From positions 10,191,832-10,255,831 of the forward strand of contig OZ316897.1 of the NCBI GenBank assembly GCA_973895155.1: a stretch of DNA of 64,000 nt, given 5' to 3'. A program made the translations under genes and the position numbers. How positions within the stretch are numbered: the first letter of the stretch is position 1; the number at the start of each line of letters is the position of its first letter. This document shows, piece by piece, positions 11,586 through 25,633 of the stretch. Below the pieces are notes generated by a model. It worked only from the letters and a program-made list of their open reading frames with translations. It searched no databases and had not been told where the DNA came from. The stretch is from Marsupella aquatica. Taxonomy: Eukaryota > Plantae > Marchantiophyta.

Positions 11586-14500
11586 TTACAACGTGGGCAA
11601 TCTGTGGGGAATTGGCACCCTTGATGGGGCTCTATCCACGGCTGGAAGGCCAACCAGTCTAAGTTCATCCTGATCCCTACAAACGCCCTTGGGGAAGAAC
11701 TTAGCCAGTTCTTCTGCACATTCCTCGAGTATTCGGTGGCGCTCATCTTCTAGCATCTTCTCTTGCCTGGCGTATTCTTCCTTTTCTTTCCTCCTTTTTG
11801 CTTTCTCCGCGGCAGCCTGGAAATATGAAGACGGGGAATATTACGAAAGCATACAATATACCCATTATGAAGATCTTGCGATATACAGATTGGCCAGGAA
11901 GCTCGAATGAAACAAATCACCGCGGTTGCCATGGATTGAATTATTACCTCTTGCTCTAGGAGGTAAATCATCTCTTCCCACTGGGCATCAAGTTGCCGCC
12001 TGTATTCAACCTTCTTCATTCTTTGCTTGTATGCACTCATCTGTTCGAACTTTTGTTCCTGCACGGGTCAAATGCTCTCCAATCATTGCTATGTCACGCT
12101 GAGAGTACTCTTCGACAGATATATTCCCAACAAAGGGTAACATCGCGAATAACACAGAGACGTAGATGGTATTGTCGCAGCTCCATCATTGCTATGGGTC
12201 TTACTGCTGAGATTACTCTTGGATAGATGCATTCAGAACGAAAGAAACGTCGCAAATAATAAAAGATATTCGGGCAGACAGATGGTATTGTCACAGGTCA
12301 GGACATTACTCTCAGCAAGGACATGTTTCGATTGTGGAAGTTCGCCTGCAGCGTTTTATTTTGACTTATAACAAAAGAAAACTATGTCGAAAGGAACGTT
12401 ACTTCACATCGATAAATCCACAAATCTTAGGAACATAGAATTAAGACAAGAAAAGGCATGGAGGTATGGGCATCTTATTCACAACAACGCGTCAACGATA
12501 ATCTATGTTCTATCCTGCAAAGATAGTCCGCAGCATCAATAGAGGGTTACGGTTAATCCGATGTGTGGTGCCGACGAATATAGAAGGTGGATGCAACTTT
12601 TGACTGTCATAAGAGAATACGACTTGAGTCTGGAACATGGGCTTAGAAAACAGTAAACAGAAAACGACACAAACAGGCAGATGGCGATGTGAGTTCCTTC
12701 GCCTGCCAGTTAAAACAGAGTTGTATTTCGTTGTTCCTCCAAAGAGACTCGAAATCCAGAATTGAAAGGGTAATTCCATAATTAAATCACTCTCTCAGCT
12801 TGAATTTTAGATTCGTTTTAACTAATCAAGCTAATCTTCCTTTGATTCGTGAAAATTGTTGGCAAGAAAGGGGGAAGTGACCTATCTGCGCTGTCGCAGA
12901 TATATTAAGTTGTTGCTTAATCTTAAGACGAAAGAGGTGACACAAAAAAGCCTACAGATTTGTCGATTCTCAGGTGAGTTTTAGATCGCTTACCGCCATC
13001 ATCTGCTTTTCCATTTGGTCGGCCCAAACTGCTTGTTGGATCTTCCCTTGTTCATAGCGATGTTTCTTCAGTGCCCAATAAGCTTCACTTGAGGCTCTCA
13101 TGTTAGCCTTCATTTGCTCCCTCTGTAGATGCGTACAACACAAACAGCGATACAATCAAAATTCATCTGCTACGGTAACAATTGACACTAGCCTGAATAC
13201 CTGTAAGTATGCACAAGGACTCCTTGTATTCATGCTCCCCATGTCCGTGTCTACTCACAAGCACAGTCTAAGCATCAAAAACATTTGCTACCAAAGAAAT
13301 TACAGCCTATGATTTCACTCTCTGGAATAGGTCCTGTGTCGAATAGATAATAAATGGTAGACTTGGATTGTGAATTTTAGTATAGATAGGATGTTCTAAT
13401 CACAGATCACACCAGCAGAAATAGAACTATATATGTCTAAAGGAAGACAAAATGTATTTGAACTTGAAGATGAATTAGAACCACTTGCATGAATACGCAA
13501 TGCTTCTGCTTTTTGATGGTACGCCTCTTCGGCTTGTTGGAAGTAGAGTTCATTGAGGGCATGTTCCAATTCCTCTTTCTCCCTTTGGGCTTCTTCTTGT
13601 CCCTCAGAGAGCATTCCATATATTCTGTGAATGATGCAGACAAATATATTTTTTCATTATTAGCTCTCTTGTTGAGAAGCTAGTGCAAGAGATGTAATTG
13701 TGACAAATCTCTCCAATCCCATTCCCAGACACACCTTGCACAAACATTGACTAATCAATGCTATCGATGAAAACATCAGGCCCTATATTTTGTTCCAGAG
13801 AAATATGAAATAAACAATACATTGAGTATAAACAAAATATTGTAAATTAAAGACAGCTTTAAGAGTTAACACATACTTGTCTTTAAGTTCCCTCTCGATC
13901 CTTTTCTTCTCATCGATTTCTTTTTGGCGTGCCTCCATTTTTGCTTGGTAATCAAGCAAGTCCTTTTCGTCTTGAATTTTTTGAGCTTTCTGCACGAACT
14001 CAAAAGATGTTCCAGTCACGACCTTGTATGAATAGCCGATTTTCGATTGCAAGCTCTACACATGCAGTTCTAGGCAGGAAACTTGCAAAATCAAGAACAT
14101 TAACGTGCAAGGCAGGTACTGTAGGTTCCTTTCGTGGAGGCACAATTTGGCCTAGCTCTCAGAGGCTGCATAGATTTTAAAGCACGGGGGAAAATATTGG
14201 ATGGAACATGTGAGGCCTTATATCATAATTTCGTAAACCGTGAGATGTAGAAATTCATAGAAGTTCAAGCTGTAGGTTCAGGCACACATAGCATGTAAAT
14301 AGTTAGTACATACAGCAGCTCTGTCGTATTCCTCCTTTTGCACCAAATATTCCTTGATGAACTTTTGTAGAAGCACCACAGTATCCCTGTTTCAATACAA
14401 CCAAGAGTTGTGCAAAATTACTTTCTGATGCATATGTTGGGTACAGGTCCCTGAAAGATCCGCGAGTTATTTCAAAATGAAATCAAGACAGTGATTCCAA

Positions 14501-16880
14501 CTTCAGGTTGGTTTGCGCACATGATGTGCAATCATGACTGACAGCAATGGTTTGTCCATGGGTTCCTTGGACGATTGAGAATCAATATGCTTAAGGTGGA
14601 CTCACTTTCTCTTCTGCGCTTCCAGCCTGTCAAGCTCAGCTTCTTTAGCTACGACCTGTGGTCCAACCAGAAGTCCCGTTAAATACTGGCTGAGGGACGT
14701 TTAATGCTGATCAGCGGGCCATCTTCAAATAGGATTCACTACCAACCTCTTGATCAGTTCAAAGGAAAACAGGAAGGAAGTAAATCTGTGATAGAAGACT
14801 CACAGATTCAACCAACTCCTTATCATGCGCCTTTTCTCGCAACAGCTTTGCTGCTTCCCATTCCTTCTCCTTCATCTGTTCGTCTAGTTTTAGCCTTACT
14901 GCAATCTGCCAAAACGGTTTTCGCATGGACATCGTCAAACTCTAACTTTCGTTCTCCACCTTTATTGGGTCTCTTGTCCTTTGGGACCTTGTCTCCTGGG
15001 TTTGGTGTCCTTTGTGACTCTTTCCGTGAAACATATATGGTAACTAGGTTTTGTGATTAGATAGCAAGCAGGAATTACAATCTCTATAGGTAACTGTGCT
15101 CAAGATCAACTTGGGGCCTTTTGTTATAATCATTTCCAATATTAGAACGGAACGCTGCTTACCTTTTCATCTGCAACTTTCTGCAATCGATCTTGCTCAA
15201 TCTTTGTAAGTTTGTTGTAGTTCTCCATCAACATCTCATGAAAAGCAGCGTTTCGGTCGGCGTCCTCCATCTCATACAGTGCCTTGTCTTGTCTCTACAG
15301 GTTTTGGCAAAGGCTGTTGTTAGCACTCTGAATGCACAAAGTCAGTTTCCACTTTAGGATGCACCCGACGCCCTTCATTGAAATAGTCAAAGAATTGTTT
15401 AAAAACGATCAAGGTGCGCCAAAGTGCAGCTGGGCACCTACGTTTTGTATCTTCTTGATTTTTACTTTTTAGTGGACACTTTCAAATTGGTGGAGAACGC
15501 TAAGATCCATAATACTGTCCTGAGTGCCTCCATTGTAGACTGGTGATGTGTGGGATGAGGAGCATGGGTTTTTGGGTGCTCCAACATATGAAGGCTCGAA
15601 GAAAACAACGGAAGAGAACCTGCCCATAGCGCTCCTTGTTCATTTGAGCAACCTGTAACATTCTCTTCAACAGCCGGATCTCTGGTGATTTGTCTTTCAT
15701 TGCCTCAAGAATAAGCTCATCTCGTTGACGTTGTCTTAGTTCTTCAGTCTTGAAGTTTTCCAGTCTTTCTTTATCTTCTCTTTGCTGTCACGAACAGTCG
15801 ATAAAATTATGACACCCGTGTGAGGAGGCCAATAACAATTGATATAGTAGCGATAAATTTCCATTTTCATTAAGCGGCTGTATTGCTTTCCAATAGATAT
15901 ATCTCGTATGGATTTACTAGCTAAATCCTTGTTTATTATGCGCATGGATTACAACGAAACTGTAGCCACTCAATCATCATAGTATCCCAGGTTGCCTGTC
16001 TAACCAGTTTAGCAAATTTCCGGTCATTCGCACGCTTTTCCCGAGCCTCCATCTGCGCTGTTTGGAACCTATCCTCCGCCATCTTCAAATTTCATCATCG
16101 AACATGCTCAGATGCATCAGCCAGGTGGTCAGAAGATAAGCTGCACTCAATAGGCTTATCAAAGACGAGTTTAAAGGAGAAGGGCACTCAAATGCTCACC
16201 CTTTTAACGATACCCTTATTGTCAGCTTGATGAATAGTCTCGGTGTGTACTTTTGCAAGGCCGTCATCTTTCAAATATCTGCATATTATTCAATGAGAAC
16301 GAGAGAGGCCAAGAATGAGTGGTTGTTGGCATCTTAGAGTTCTCGATTCTGAAACATTTTAGGCTGTCTTCATTGTCATGTAAGGTGTACTTGAAATGAA
16401 TTAGGTGGGACCTGAGCTACGAATGAATGTGACTTACTTTTGCATGCTTTCTCTATTATTTTCATTGATTCTACGATTCACCATCCGCGCATCCCTAAAA
16501 GAAAGGCCTGCAGGCAGATGAACAGTTGCAAAGTTGAACGCTTGTGTTAAACCAGGGTGGAGATCAACATATGCTAGTTACAAATCGTGCGCTGTTTATG
16601 ACCTTGCTATTCTGAACAATTAATACTCAGCTGACGCATATAGTAGCAAGGAGCTGTTTAAAATACTATGTCGATATTCAATAGCAGAATGAAAAAGGCA
16701 GTAGAACTATTATTGATCAACACGGTCTCCTCGAAAACGTCCCTCGGTCATTTGGGATGATGAACTTACATATCGTTCTTTTGTTCTTTTTAATGCTCAA
16801 TGCTTTAAATACACAACACGGTGCCGAGAAGAGTACATCTAGGGTCAGTAAAAGTAGAGATGTATCAACTTACCTACTAA
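11586..16880 (-). CDS. MNS1: MNS1-like (meiosis-specific nuclear structural 1 / flagellar microtubule inner protein), multi-exon; 5' end approximate
   Basis: Exons read by eye include 11586-11816 (EDERHRILEECAEELAKFFPKGVCRDQDEL, stop TAA), 11948-12058 (EQMSAYKQRMKKVEYRR), 12994-13122, ~13489-13624, ~13876-13989 and ~15620-15787 (MKDKSPEIRLLKRMLQVAQMNKERYGQ). These match recalled MNS1 motifs MNKER, MNAQKQRMK and LPKGV. The ORF track missed most of this gene. Confidence 0.78.
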
Positions 16881-18683
16881 TGACGGGGTGGTATGTAGAT
16901 AGGCCTGCACAAACGACAAACGGACATTTAGAAGAAAGCTTTCAAAGAACAATAGGGGACTATGGAGGGATGTGTAATGACATCGTCGACATTGCGGCAG
17001 TTATATAGGGGGAAAGCATTTCTCTACAGTCCTGCTGTGGAGGTCCTTTCGGAGATCGAGAACTGGAGATTGACGCAGTGCCGAAGAATACGATCGATGT
17101 AGGATAAAGAAAGCAATTTCATCGCTGCAAAATCACCCGCCATTGCGTTCGCGGAGTGCAAATGAAACAAGGATAGCAGGCGAAAATTGGTGGATTGGTA
17201 ACAGTGGCCGAGCATTTCGTGAAATTGCTAATCCAATCGGTTAGTCATCGTTTGAGTTCACCGCCGAGCTCGGCTGGTATCGATGTTATCTTCTTTTAAA
17301 ACACAAGATCCTCGAAACGATTTCGATACAGTAGCTATATCGGTAGTAATCTGGAAGCGGAAAAGCACTAAAGGATTTTTGGAGCCTCACCATTTCTTTT
17401 CTAGTTGAGTAAGATCACTGGTTCGTCCGAACGGTCTGCAATTCTTGCATGTGCGTGTGCACTCTCCTCAAATCTAATATGTGGACAAGAAGAAGTCCTT
17501 GGTCTCTTTGACACTAGATTCCTCTGTTGCAGGTAAAGTGGCGGTGTCCTCCAATTCACATAGACTTCGCGAGTTTTACAGGATGCACGGAAGATCCAAA
17601 AATCCCGGGTAGACGGTCAGGAATTATGAAACAGAAATGCTTCTCTGGAACCGTGAAATATTGTAGATGCGTGTGGACCAAATTTCTCAAGTCAGAAAAA
17701 AATGTACGATAGAGGACGGGAAGGCCAGGACAGGGAATGAAACCATGAACCTTAGGTCATCGCACATGTAACATTAAAATGATTTCACAGATGCGAAATT
17801 ACTTGCGACAGAAGAAGATTCTTAAACTGCAAATAGGTAAAACCAGTTCCCATCAATAACGGGATAAAGCATCAGAAGAAGCCCTCAACTTCTGACTTGC
17901 ATGGTCTCCTTGTTCGACGATAACACAGATTGAAAGCTACAGCATACAATCTACCGCAAATCTACAACGCACAATCTACCGCGAAAAACGGAAAATTCTA
18001 GTGACATTGTGAAAACATGAACATGGGAAGGAATGCATCTCTCTCCACATAAACCTGTACAAAAGATTTAATCACGAAAGAGACGGTCGAGCGGTGAATC
18101 GCAACTCAACACCGTTCGTAGCTAACTTGAAATGAATCCCTTTCAGCAAGATTCGAGACACTCTTGCGGAATGCAAGGCGATTCCAAGACGAAGAGGCCA
18201 TGCATTCCCCTCCAAACCCAAACGCAAATCCGAATCAACTCACACAGATGATTCAACTAACCATCCCCCCCGCACAGAAGGCAGAAATCACGAGAACGAT
18301 CTTTCTCTTCCTACTGAATTGATCTGGACATGTGAACAACTCATCATTCTTCCCGTCTATCCGGAATCGTGCATCAGATTAAATCGTGGAAATGTGGTCA
18401 AGCTTCTCCATCCATGCGAATTCCCGGACGTGTTCTCAAAGGCGTCCGAATTATTCCGCAAGCAAAACAAATCAGAAGACAGAGCGAGAATGAATGCTCT
18501 AAAAACGCAATCATCATCTGCTCAGCAGAGTCCGTCGAATCCTCCGAACTCCGAAGTCGTTCTCAACAGTTTCACGTGAACGCTTTAAAGTATAGTACAC
18601 TACAGTATGGTACTGTGTGGAAGCGATGTTGGCGGAACTCAAGAAACCCGCCAAATTCCCCGCCAATTCAGCGGTTCAAGCAT

Positions 18684-18765
18684 TTATAACTCCAATGGCG
18701 GGGTTCAAGAATTCATAAATCCAATGGCGGGGTTCAGGCATTCATAAATCCAATGGCGGGGTTCG
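18684..18765 (+). repeat. 29-bp tandem repeat x3
   Basis: ATAA(A/C)TCCAATGGCGGGGTTC three times. Confidence 0.9.
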
Positions 18766-19799
18766 AAGTGGTTCATGATTTTGCATACTATACTCTACAG
18801 TCTTCTCTCTATAATTGCACAATCCATAAGTGCAAACCCCGGCATAATTGCAAGGCATCCCGTTCCTGTTCTGGCTAACTGCACTTCTTGTAAGTGCAAA
18901 GAGCCTGAAGTTTCCACTGGATGACGAATGTATAAGTACAAGCCCTCTATAAGTGTATATGAACAGGTGTAGGTAAGCGCAAAATTCCATCAAGTTACAA
19001 ATATTTATACTTTCATGAAATTTTGATGTAGAGTAAAAAATTGCAATTATGGGGTAAGAGAGTGCATAATTTGGGCCGGGACTCAAGTGGTTGGAGTTTG
19101 GTAATCAATTTTGTTTGAAATTTTTCTTTGTGTTATGGGTACTCTATAGCATTTATGTTGTGTATGTGACATGATTGAGTCACTATTGCTGTCCATTGAC
19201 CGCCAATCTTTCCTTCTCAATCCACGGCAATGGAGGGATGGACAACCAATAGACAACACTATAATTTTCTGTCTAGAGGACAGACAACCCCTCATACCTA
19301 CCAACTCTTTATTGTTTAACTAGCCCAAAAAGTCCATATGTTGCATAGTACGTGATCATTTGTTAAGCAAACTATCGTCATTGAGGTATAGCATGCACAT
19401 ATGCAACATCGGACAAACACACAAGTAATTGACACATGAGATACAACCAAAGGATTGTGAAAGCCTGAGCCTGTTGTAGAGCGACGGACGCCCGCTACCA
19501 AAGAAGCTAGTGAGGAATGAAATATGGGGGTGGGGCCGTTGCTCAACACAAAATGTTGAGTATTGCTCTTAGTCTTGTGATTCTAGAGCTAACCGTAGTT
19601 AGGCTAACTCAGGTTATGACTTAGCTTAGGTTAGCAGTGATGCATGTTGTATATAACCAGGGCTGATACCGGCCCCTGGTGGATCTTCAGTTCATTGTTG
19701 GAGTGGAGCAAGAGAGAAGTAAAGGTCTCGATCTTGCTTTCCCGTGGACGTAGCCTCAGTCGGGAGGTGAACCACGTATTTGCTGTGTCGACTACTTTG

Positions 19800-20640
19800 T
19801 ATGATGTTCACATGTACATGGTGTCTCGGGATAAGGATTATCCCCAACACAAAAGACAGTAAATTTTTAAAGGAAAAGGTAAAAGATGGGGTGTAGAGAC
19901 CCAAAGTCCTCCAAAGCCAATGGGTAGAAAAGATCCCTCGGGTACCTAGCTACATACACCTCCTTCATCTGTATGCCATGGCCATAGCATGGCCCTGGAC
20001 ATGGGCAGCATCAAAACATGAGTCCCACCTGTAGGATCAACAATGACCACGTCGCCAAGGGCCGGATGCCGGCCTGAGAAAGGACCAGGTCAGCTCGTTA
20101 TTGATCAGGAACACCATCCCAAGGAGGAAGCACATGGAGCTACTCCATAGTGACAGGGTATCTGGAGTCTCAAACAATGGCAGCCACCACATCATGGATG
20201 TCATCATGAGTTGTAGTCCTCTCACTACAGTGAGTGCACCGAAGAATATAGACTCCCTTGGGGGCCAGGGACACCCCACAGACACAAGTGGGTTGGCCAA
20301 GCTAGAGGCACAGGTGAGGGAGGCCAAGCCAAAGGCGTAGGGATGTGGTGAAAATGAAAGAGCTCATCCAGAAGGGGGCCCAAAGAGGACTAGCCGGGCG
20401 CCACACACCCAAACCTGAACAGTGCCGATGGTGAATCAGAGAGCATGCTAGAAGCTAGAAAGGGGGTAAGAGTGCATGCAATAATAATGTCCATAATAGT
20501 ATCACAAGGGAGAGGTTGGAGGTCCACAAAGAAACTAGATGCTAACATGGGAGCCATCTATCAATGCTAAACAACCCAGGCAAGACAGAGGAGGAGAAGA
20601 AGCAGCCATGGTGGCAACTACAAGGCTACAAGGCTAGTCT
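19800..20640 (-). mobile_element. Degenerate remnant of an RLE-type non-LTR retrotransposon (3' region); boundaries approximate
   Basis: The reverse strand shares blocks (TGTCTGTGG / TAGTGAGAGGACT / ATGACATCC / GCCATTG) with 49010-49140, which encodes a CCHC knuckle and restriction-like endonuclease. Confidence 0.55.
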
Positions 20641-22040
20641 CTGTAGAGAAAAGCCACATCTACAAAAGGGTGTTAGCTTGTGTGTGAAAATTTAAGGGAT
20701 AAAACCTTTCCCCTCTTTTTCTCCCCTTCATTGGATATTTCTTTGCCTTCGGGATCTGTCTTCCGGATCTTGTCTCCACATTTGGCATTTTGCATTTTTT
20801 GCCCTCGGGCACTGTGAAAAGCAGTCGTTCTATCCCTGACTAGTAAATAATGGGGCGTTTCAAAGCTACCCCGGTCAGGTCTCGATGGGAAACCCGTCGA
20901 CCGAGGTGACGGAACTCGAAATCCGAAGTTCCTTCGTCAGTGAATCGTCAGAGTCGCCACGGAATTCGAAATCTGAGTTGCTCCGTCAGTGAGAACCCGC
21001 CAGACTAACATTCCGTCCAGGTTTCCGTGAGCACCTTTCCATGGAAATATGTCTGTGAATACTAAACCTCTGGAGTCCCGCTATGGCTCAATAGAAGCGC
21101 AATTCAATCAGCTTTCACAAGAGCAAAGAATCGATTGATTCCGATCAAAGATGACGAAGCTAGAGCTCAACAAACCCCTCGGCTGTCGATGTCTCAGTGA
21201 CTCTGGACTTGCGGGAGCTGTTTCCTATGCAAATGATTTTCACATCGATTTCAGGTTTGACACACGCTAATAATGGAACGGTGGACGGCAAAGCCCGAGA
21301 TGGATGGATAAACGCACGAGCGACGACAGGGACGGAGAAATGGACGGAAAATTCAAAACTCTTCCCGCCTGTCTGATGACGTAATACAGTATGGCGGAGG
21401 ACGAGCGGAAATGCAAACGCTCTCGTCGAGAGAGCGGAAATAGGACACAATCGTAGTCGTCGCAACGTAGTGTTGTCGATCGGTGCGGTGAGTGCGTCAA
21501 CAAGGAGGCACACCTGAAATCTGATGATTGTCTTCAATCTGCTTGATTCCGGACAGAGGAGGAGGTCGAGGTCGAGGTCTAGGTCGGGATTGATGCGACC
21601 GCGGAGAGTACGCAGCGCTCCAGAATATGTTTGATAGGTCTTCTCAAGTTTCTGGAACGGAGAGCATAGCTTGTTCGACGCGACAGTGGACGACGACGGC
21701 TCCTGCGTATGTTTGATTCTCGAGTCTGTGGAACGGAGAGCACGATTTGTTTCATGCGACGGTGGACGACGGGCTCTTCGATTTGTTTGATATTCTGGAT
21801 CGAAGCGGAGGAAGGGAACGAGAGCCTGGCATTGTGCATTTGCAGATTGGTGTTGTGGAGCTGCGAAGAAGGTCGGTCTGGCGAGTCGATTGAGTTGTCG
21901 CTCCACGGAAGGTTGGGAGTGGCGGTGTGTAGAAGACGAGGCATCTGAGTTTTACGGAAAAGCTGAGGCTGATTGATTTCGAGAGGAGGATTGAATTAGA
22001 GTAGAGGACGAGAGGGGAGCAGGAGGAAGAGGGAGGAAAC

Positions 22041-24463
22041 ATGCGTCGATCAACTTTAGGATGTGTGAGCCCGGCGCAGCTGAACAGCCGGAGCGGTGCT
22101 GGCAATGGTGCCCCGCGGAATGGGACGAAGCTGTCTCGTACTCAGTCTGCTCATAAGCAACAGCCAGCCGGCGGGGCGCCTCCGCGCGCGTCGGGCCGAC
22201 CCTCACTGTCTCGCCGCTCTAGTAGCATGTATGGGAAGTCCGGCCAGACGCAGATTGAAACGCGGCCCATTAGTGACAGAGCATTTCAGCAAGTAAGTAA
22301 TGAACTTTTCAAATCAAATCCAATTATTTCTGCAAATGTCGAATTCGTACGCAACACCTTCTCGAAACGAAGCTTTAATTCAGGATTAGCATCGATTGCG
22401 TAGCTACTTGAGGAAGTTGCCTCATCACTCCACTATGTGTGTCTGAAACAAATGTGCTCTGTGTATGATCCAGGATTGTATTCGCAATATAGTCGGCTAT
22501 CTTTCCAGTCACGGCTACAGCAATGTAGTCTCTCAGAAGGTCCTCCAGGCGCCTTCCAGTAAGGATGTCGTTAGCATTGTTCAATTCCTCATCTTTCAGG
22601 TTGACCGCACTTGGGAGTTTAAGAAGATTGAAGAAGATGTGCCGTTAATCTTCAAGCGGCTGGGCTACCCTGTCCAGATCAGTAGAAGCGCGTTGTATGC
22701 TGCTGGGAGTCCGGTATCCTGGCCCTCACTTCTTGCCGCTCTGTCATGGCTGACGAATCTGTTGGTGACTATGGAGCCGTCTGAGGACGGGAAGGGCGAT
22801 TCACCATTTGCTGACCAAAAAAGTAATCTATTCACGGAGTACATCAATACTTGCTATTATCATTTCTTAAAGTTCGAAGATGATCAGTGTGTCGCACTGG
22901 ACGAGGAATATACGAACAAAGTTAAGGAAGAGCATGAGAAATATGTGGCTGAGCTGGAGAAATTTCAGGCAGAATCGAATGACTTGCAGGAGCAGGTGCG
23001 AAAGTTGAGGAGTGAGCCATCACCATTGGCCGCTCTGGAAGCACAACAGGGTGACTACAAGGATGATATCTTCAAGTTCAACATGGTAATCAGCAACTTC
23101 TTCTCTTATAAGGAAGCCGTGGAGAAGAAGCGCGACGAGAAGAGACAAGAGCTGGCGACTAAAAAAGAAGAGGTGGTCAACCTAATGAAGGAAAACGAAG
23201 AGCTTCGCGAACAAGTTGCCGCGCAGCAGATCAATGCGGCGGATATTGAGAAGATGCTGAAGGAGAAAGAGATTTTGCAGGTTAATTTGCTATCGGTATC
23301 AGGCAGGAAGCAGGAGCTCGAAAAGACCGCCTGGGATTACGAAATCAATTCTTCGAAGAAGCTCAGAGACCTCGAGACTGTTGTGAGTCAGTTTAACGAC
23401 AGTTGCGAAAGGTTCGTTGTTGCAACGTTCCATTTTCTTGGTGTTCTAAATCCTCGAATTTGATTGAGATGAGGCCATTGAAGCCGGGCAAAGTCATGGT
23501 ATGCTCTTTTCAAAATCTGGTGTTGAGATTTCCAAGTTTCTAACAATTACGTTGAACAGGCCACGTCGTAAGCTAAAATACCTTTCGTGTTCCCTCTACT
23601 GTTCCAGGTTGGGCCTTAGCTCAAGAGAAGAGTCGAATGGGCAATCGCCATTTGAACTTAAGTTGCAACCAAGGGCCGACACACCAGCAGACATACTCGG
23701 GGGGAATGTAAAAACTGTCATAGTACCTGCCTTGAAGGAGATCATGGAGACAAGTAAAAAGGTCCTAGCTGAAGAAATTAAGCCTGAGGCACTAAGTCTG
23801 CAAGAACAGCTATTCAAGAGAGAGATTAGTGCCCGAGAGAAGCTGTCCCAAATTTCAAATGCGGTTGTACTCAACAAGAAGGTAGGTTTCTGCTCCTACT
23901 CTTGCACACTTTTTCATTTTCCTGGTGGAGGTAAAGCGTTAGTACTTCTACAAATCCTAATGTGGGAGTTGATGGAACAGCTGGAAGGACAGTGTAAAGC
24001 AAGGGAGGAAAATAAATTGGACGCCGTGGCAATAGCAGCAGAGCGCAAAGAGGTCGACGCCAAGCTGGTGGAAGAGGAACGCTCTCTCAAGAGTGAAGAA
24101 GCAGAAATTGAGCAAGAGCTCCGGGTAAGCATTCCTCCATTGCTCTTTTGACTCAGTTTGCCCTGTGACTTCGTGAGTGCCTAGAAGGAGAAGAGTAGAA
24201 AAACTGTTTTTCATCACACCTGGCTTGGAATTTGATGACTGAGTATCTTCTCTCGGTGCAAAAACATCCAGGAAATAGAATCGAAGTTTGAGGCAACAGT
24301 GAGAATGTGCAATGAGGAGATCAAGAACGAAAGACAGACAGGAGAACAGATCCTCGACGTCATTCTGAGTACAAAAGAAAGGACACAAGCGACTCTCAAG
24401 AGAGTTGAGGACGCTGCTGCCCAATCGATTGAGGTTTTCCATGATCTTCTTGCATCTGCTTAG
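22041..24463 (+). CDS. NDC80: Kinetochore protein NDC80 (5 exons: ~22041-22292, 22474-23411, 23608-23880, 23980-24124, 24271-24463)
   Basis: Basic N-terminal tail, ETRPISDRAFQQ, calponin-homology segment LGYPVQISRSALYAAGSPVSWP..LAALSWL, long coiled coil, GT-AG junctions, stop TAG at 24461. Confidence 0.9.
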
Positions 24464-25550
24464 CGTCTCTCAGACTAGCTCAAATTAAGATTACATTTGG
24501 TTTCAAATACCAAAAGTCATTTTTCGAATGCCCCAGAAGGAAGATCTCCGGCTGACGTGACATTTGACCACGTCGACTGCGGTCTAAAATTCACTAGACG
24601 AGCAGACATTTGCTCCAAATAGTGAAAGCTTAGATTCGCCGAAATTTTTCCTGTACACTAGCACGAGGACTTTAGAAACTGTAATTACAAGTGTAACTAT
24701 TTATTTTATATGAAGGATCTGGAGATTCATGCGCTCAGGTTCCCTCAGTAAAGTCTCTAACTGTACACTAGCATTCACTGAAAAAACTGTGGCGTTGCTT
24801 TTGCCGAGTTCCATCGATCTTACTGATCGCTTACAGGTTTTAGACACGAAAAGTAAGTTAAATGTCATTCTTTCACATCGGACATTTGCCGAGTTCCATC
24901 GATCTTTCCAATCGTTTCAGCGAAATTCAGTCATTTAGCAATGTTTACTTCATGTTCGCGGGGAGATTTTGGGTACCATATCGGTCGGCATGGACATGGA
25001 TGCAAGGATTCATGTCGGTCGAAAGTTTATGACTTCGACTGTCCTCTTCGACGTGCCATGTTCGAATATTCCCAAACCTCACCAGTTTCTCGAGGGTTGA
25101 AGTGCTTGACGATAAGACCTTCGTTTCATTTCATTGTACTGAGAAACTCGCCAGAGGTCACTTCCTTGACCCTAGTTACATGTAGACGGGTCATTTTCGA
25201 ACTCAACAATTAAAGAGGCTCAACCGGCATTTGGTACCAGGTCCCTTTTCCCACATCAAATTAAGTTGCCTAGGCGCTCGAGGACGTTTGCATTCTAATT
25301 TCCAGATTAAATTCAGCTGGCAATGGTCGAAGTCTGCCAAGAGGTTTGGTACATCTTGAGTGCCAATTTCGGACGATCAACCAACGGGAACATCGCATTT
25401 CACATCCTTCAAATGAAGGGCAGTCAATTGTCGGAAGCCACTTCAATTCAGGTTCCCGAGGATTTCCCTACCAATGAACAGATCCAGATCTCTCTTGTGC
25501 TTATGGATCCTGCTCAGATTCAGACGGGCATACGGATTTAGCCCAATGAA

Positions 25551-25633
25551 CGCTACATTTCACGAGCAAAGCCGAAATAACATGAAGTCGTTCATCATGT
25601 AAGTTATTTTAGCTTTGCTCGTGAAATGTAGCG
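25551..25633. repeat. 83-nt near-perfect inverted repeat (hairpin)
   Basis: CGCTACATTTCACGAGCAAAGCCGAAATAAC pairs with GTTATTTTAGCTTTGCTCGTGAAATGTAGCG (29 of 31 Watson-Crick). Confidence 0.9.

Noticed and set aside
21160-21906. 248-aa minus-strand ORF divergent from NDC80
   Set aside because: No recognisable domain, non-ATG start, and it overlaps the GC/GA-rich NDC80 promoter and leader. Likely spurious.
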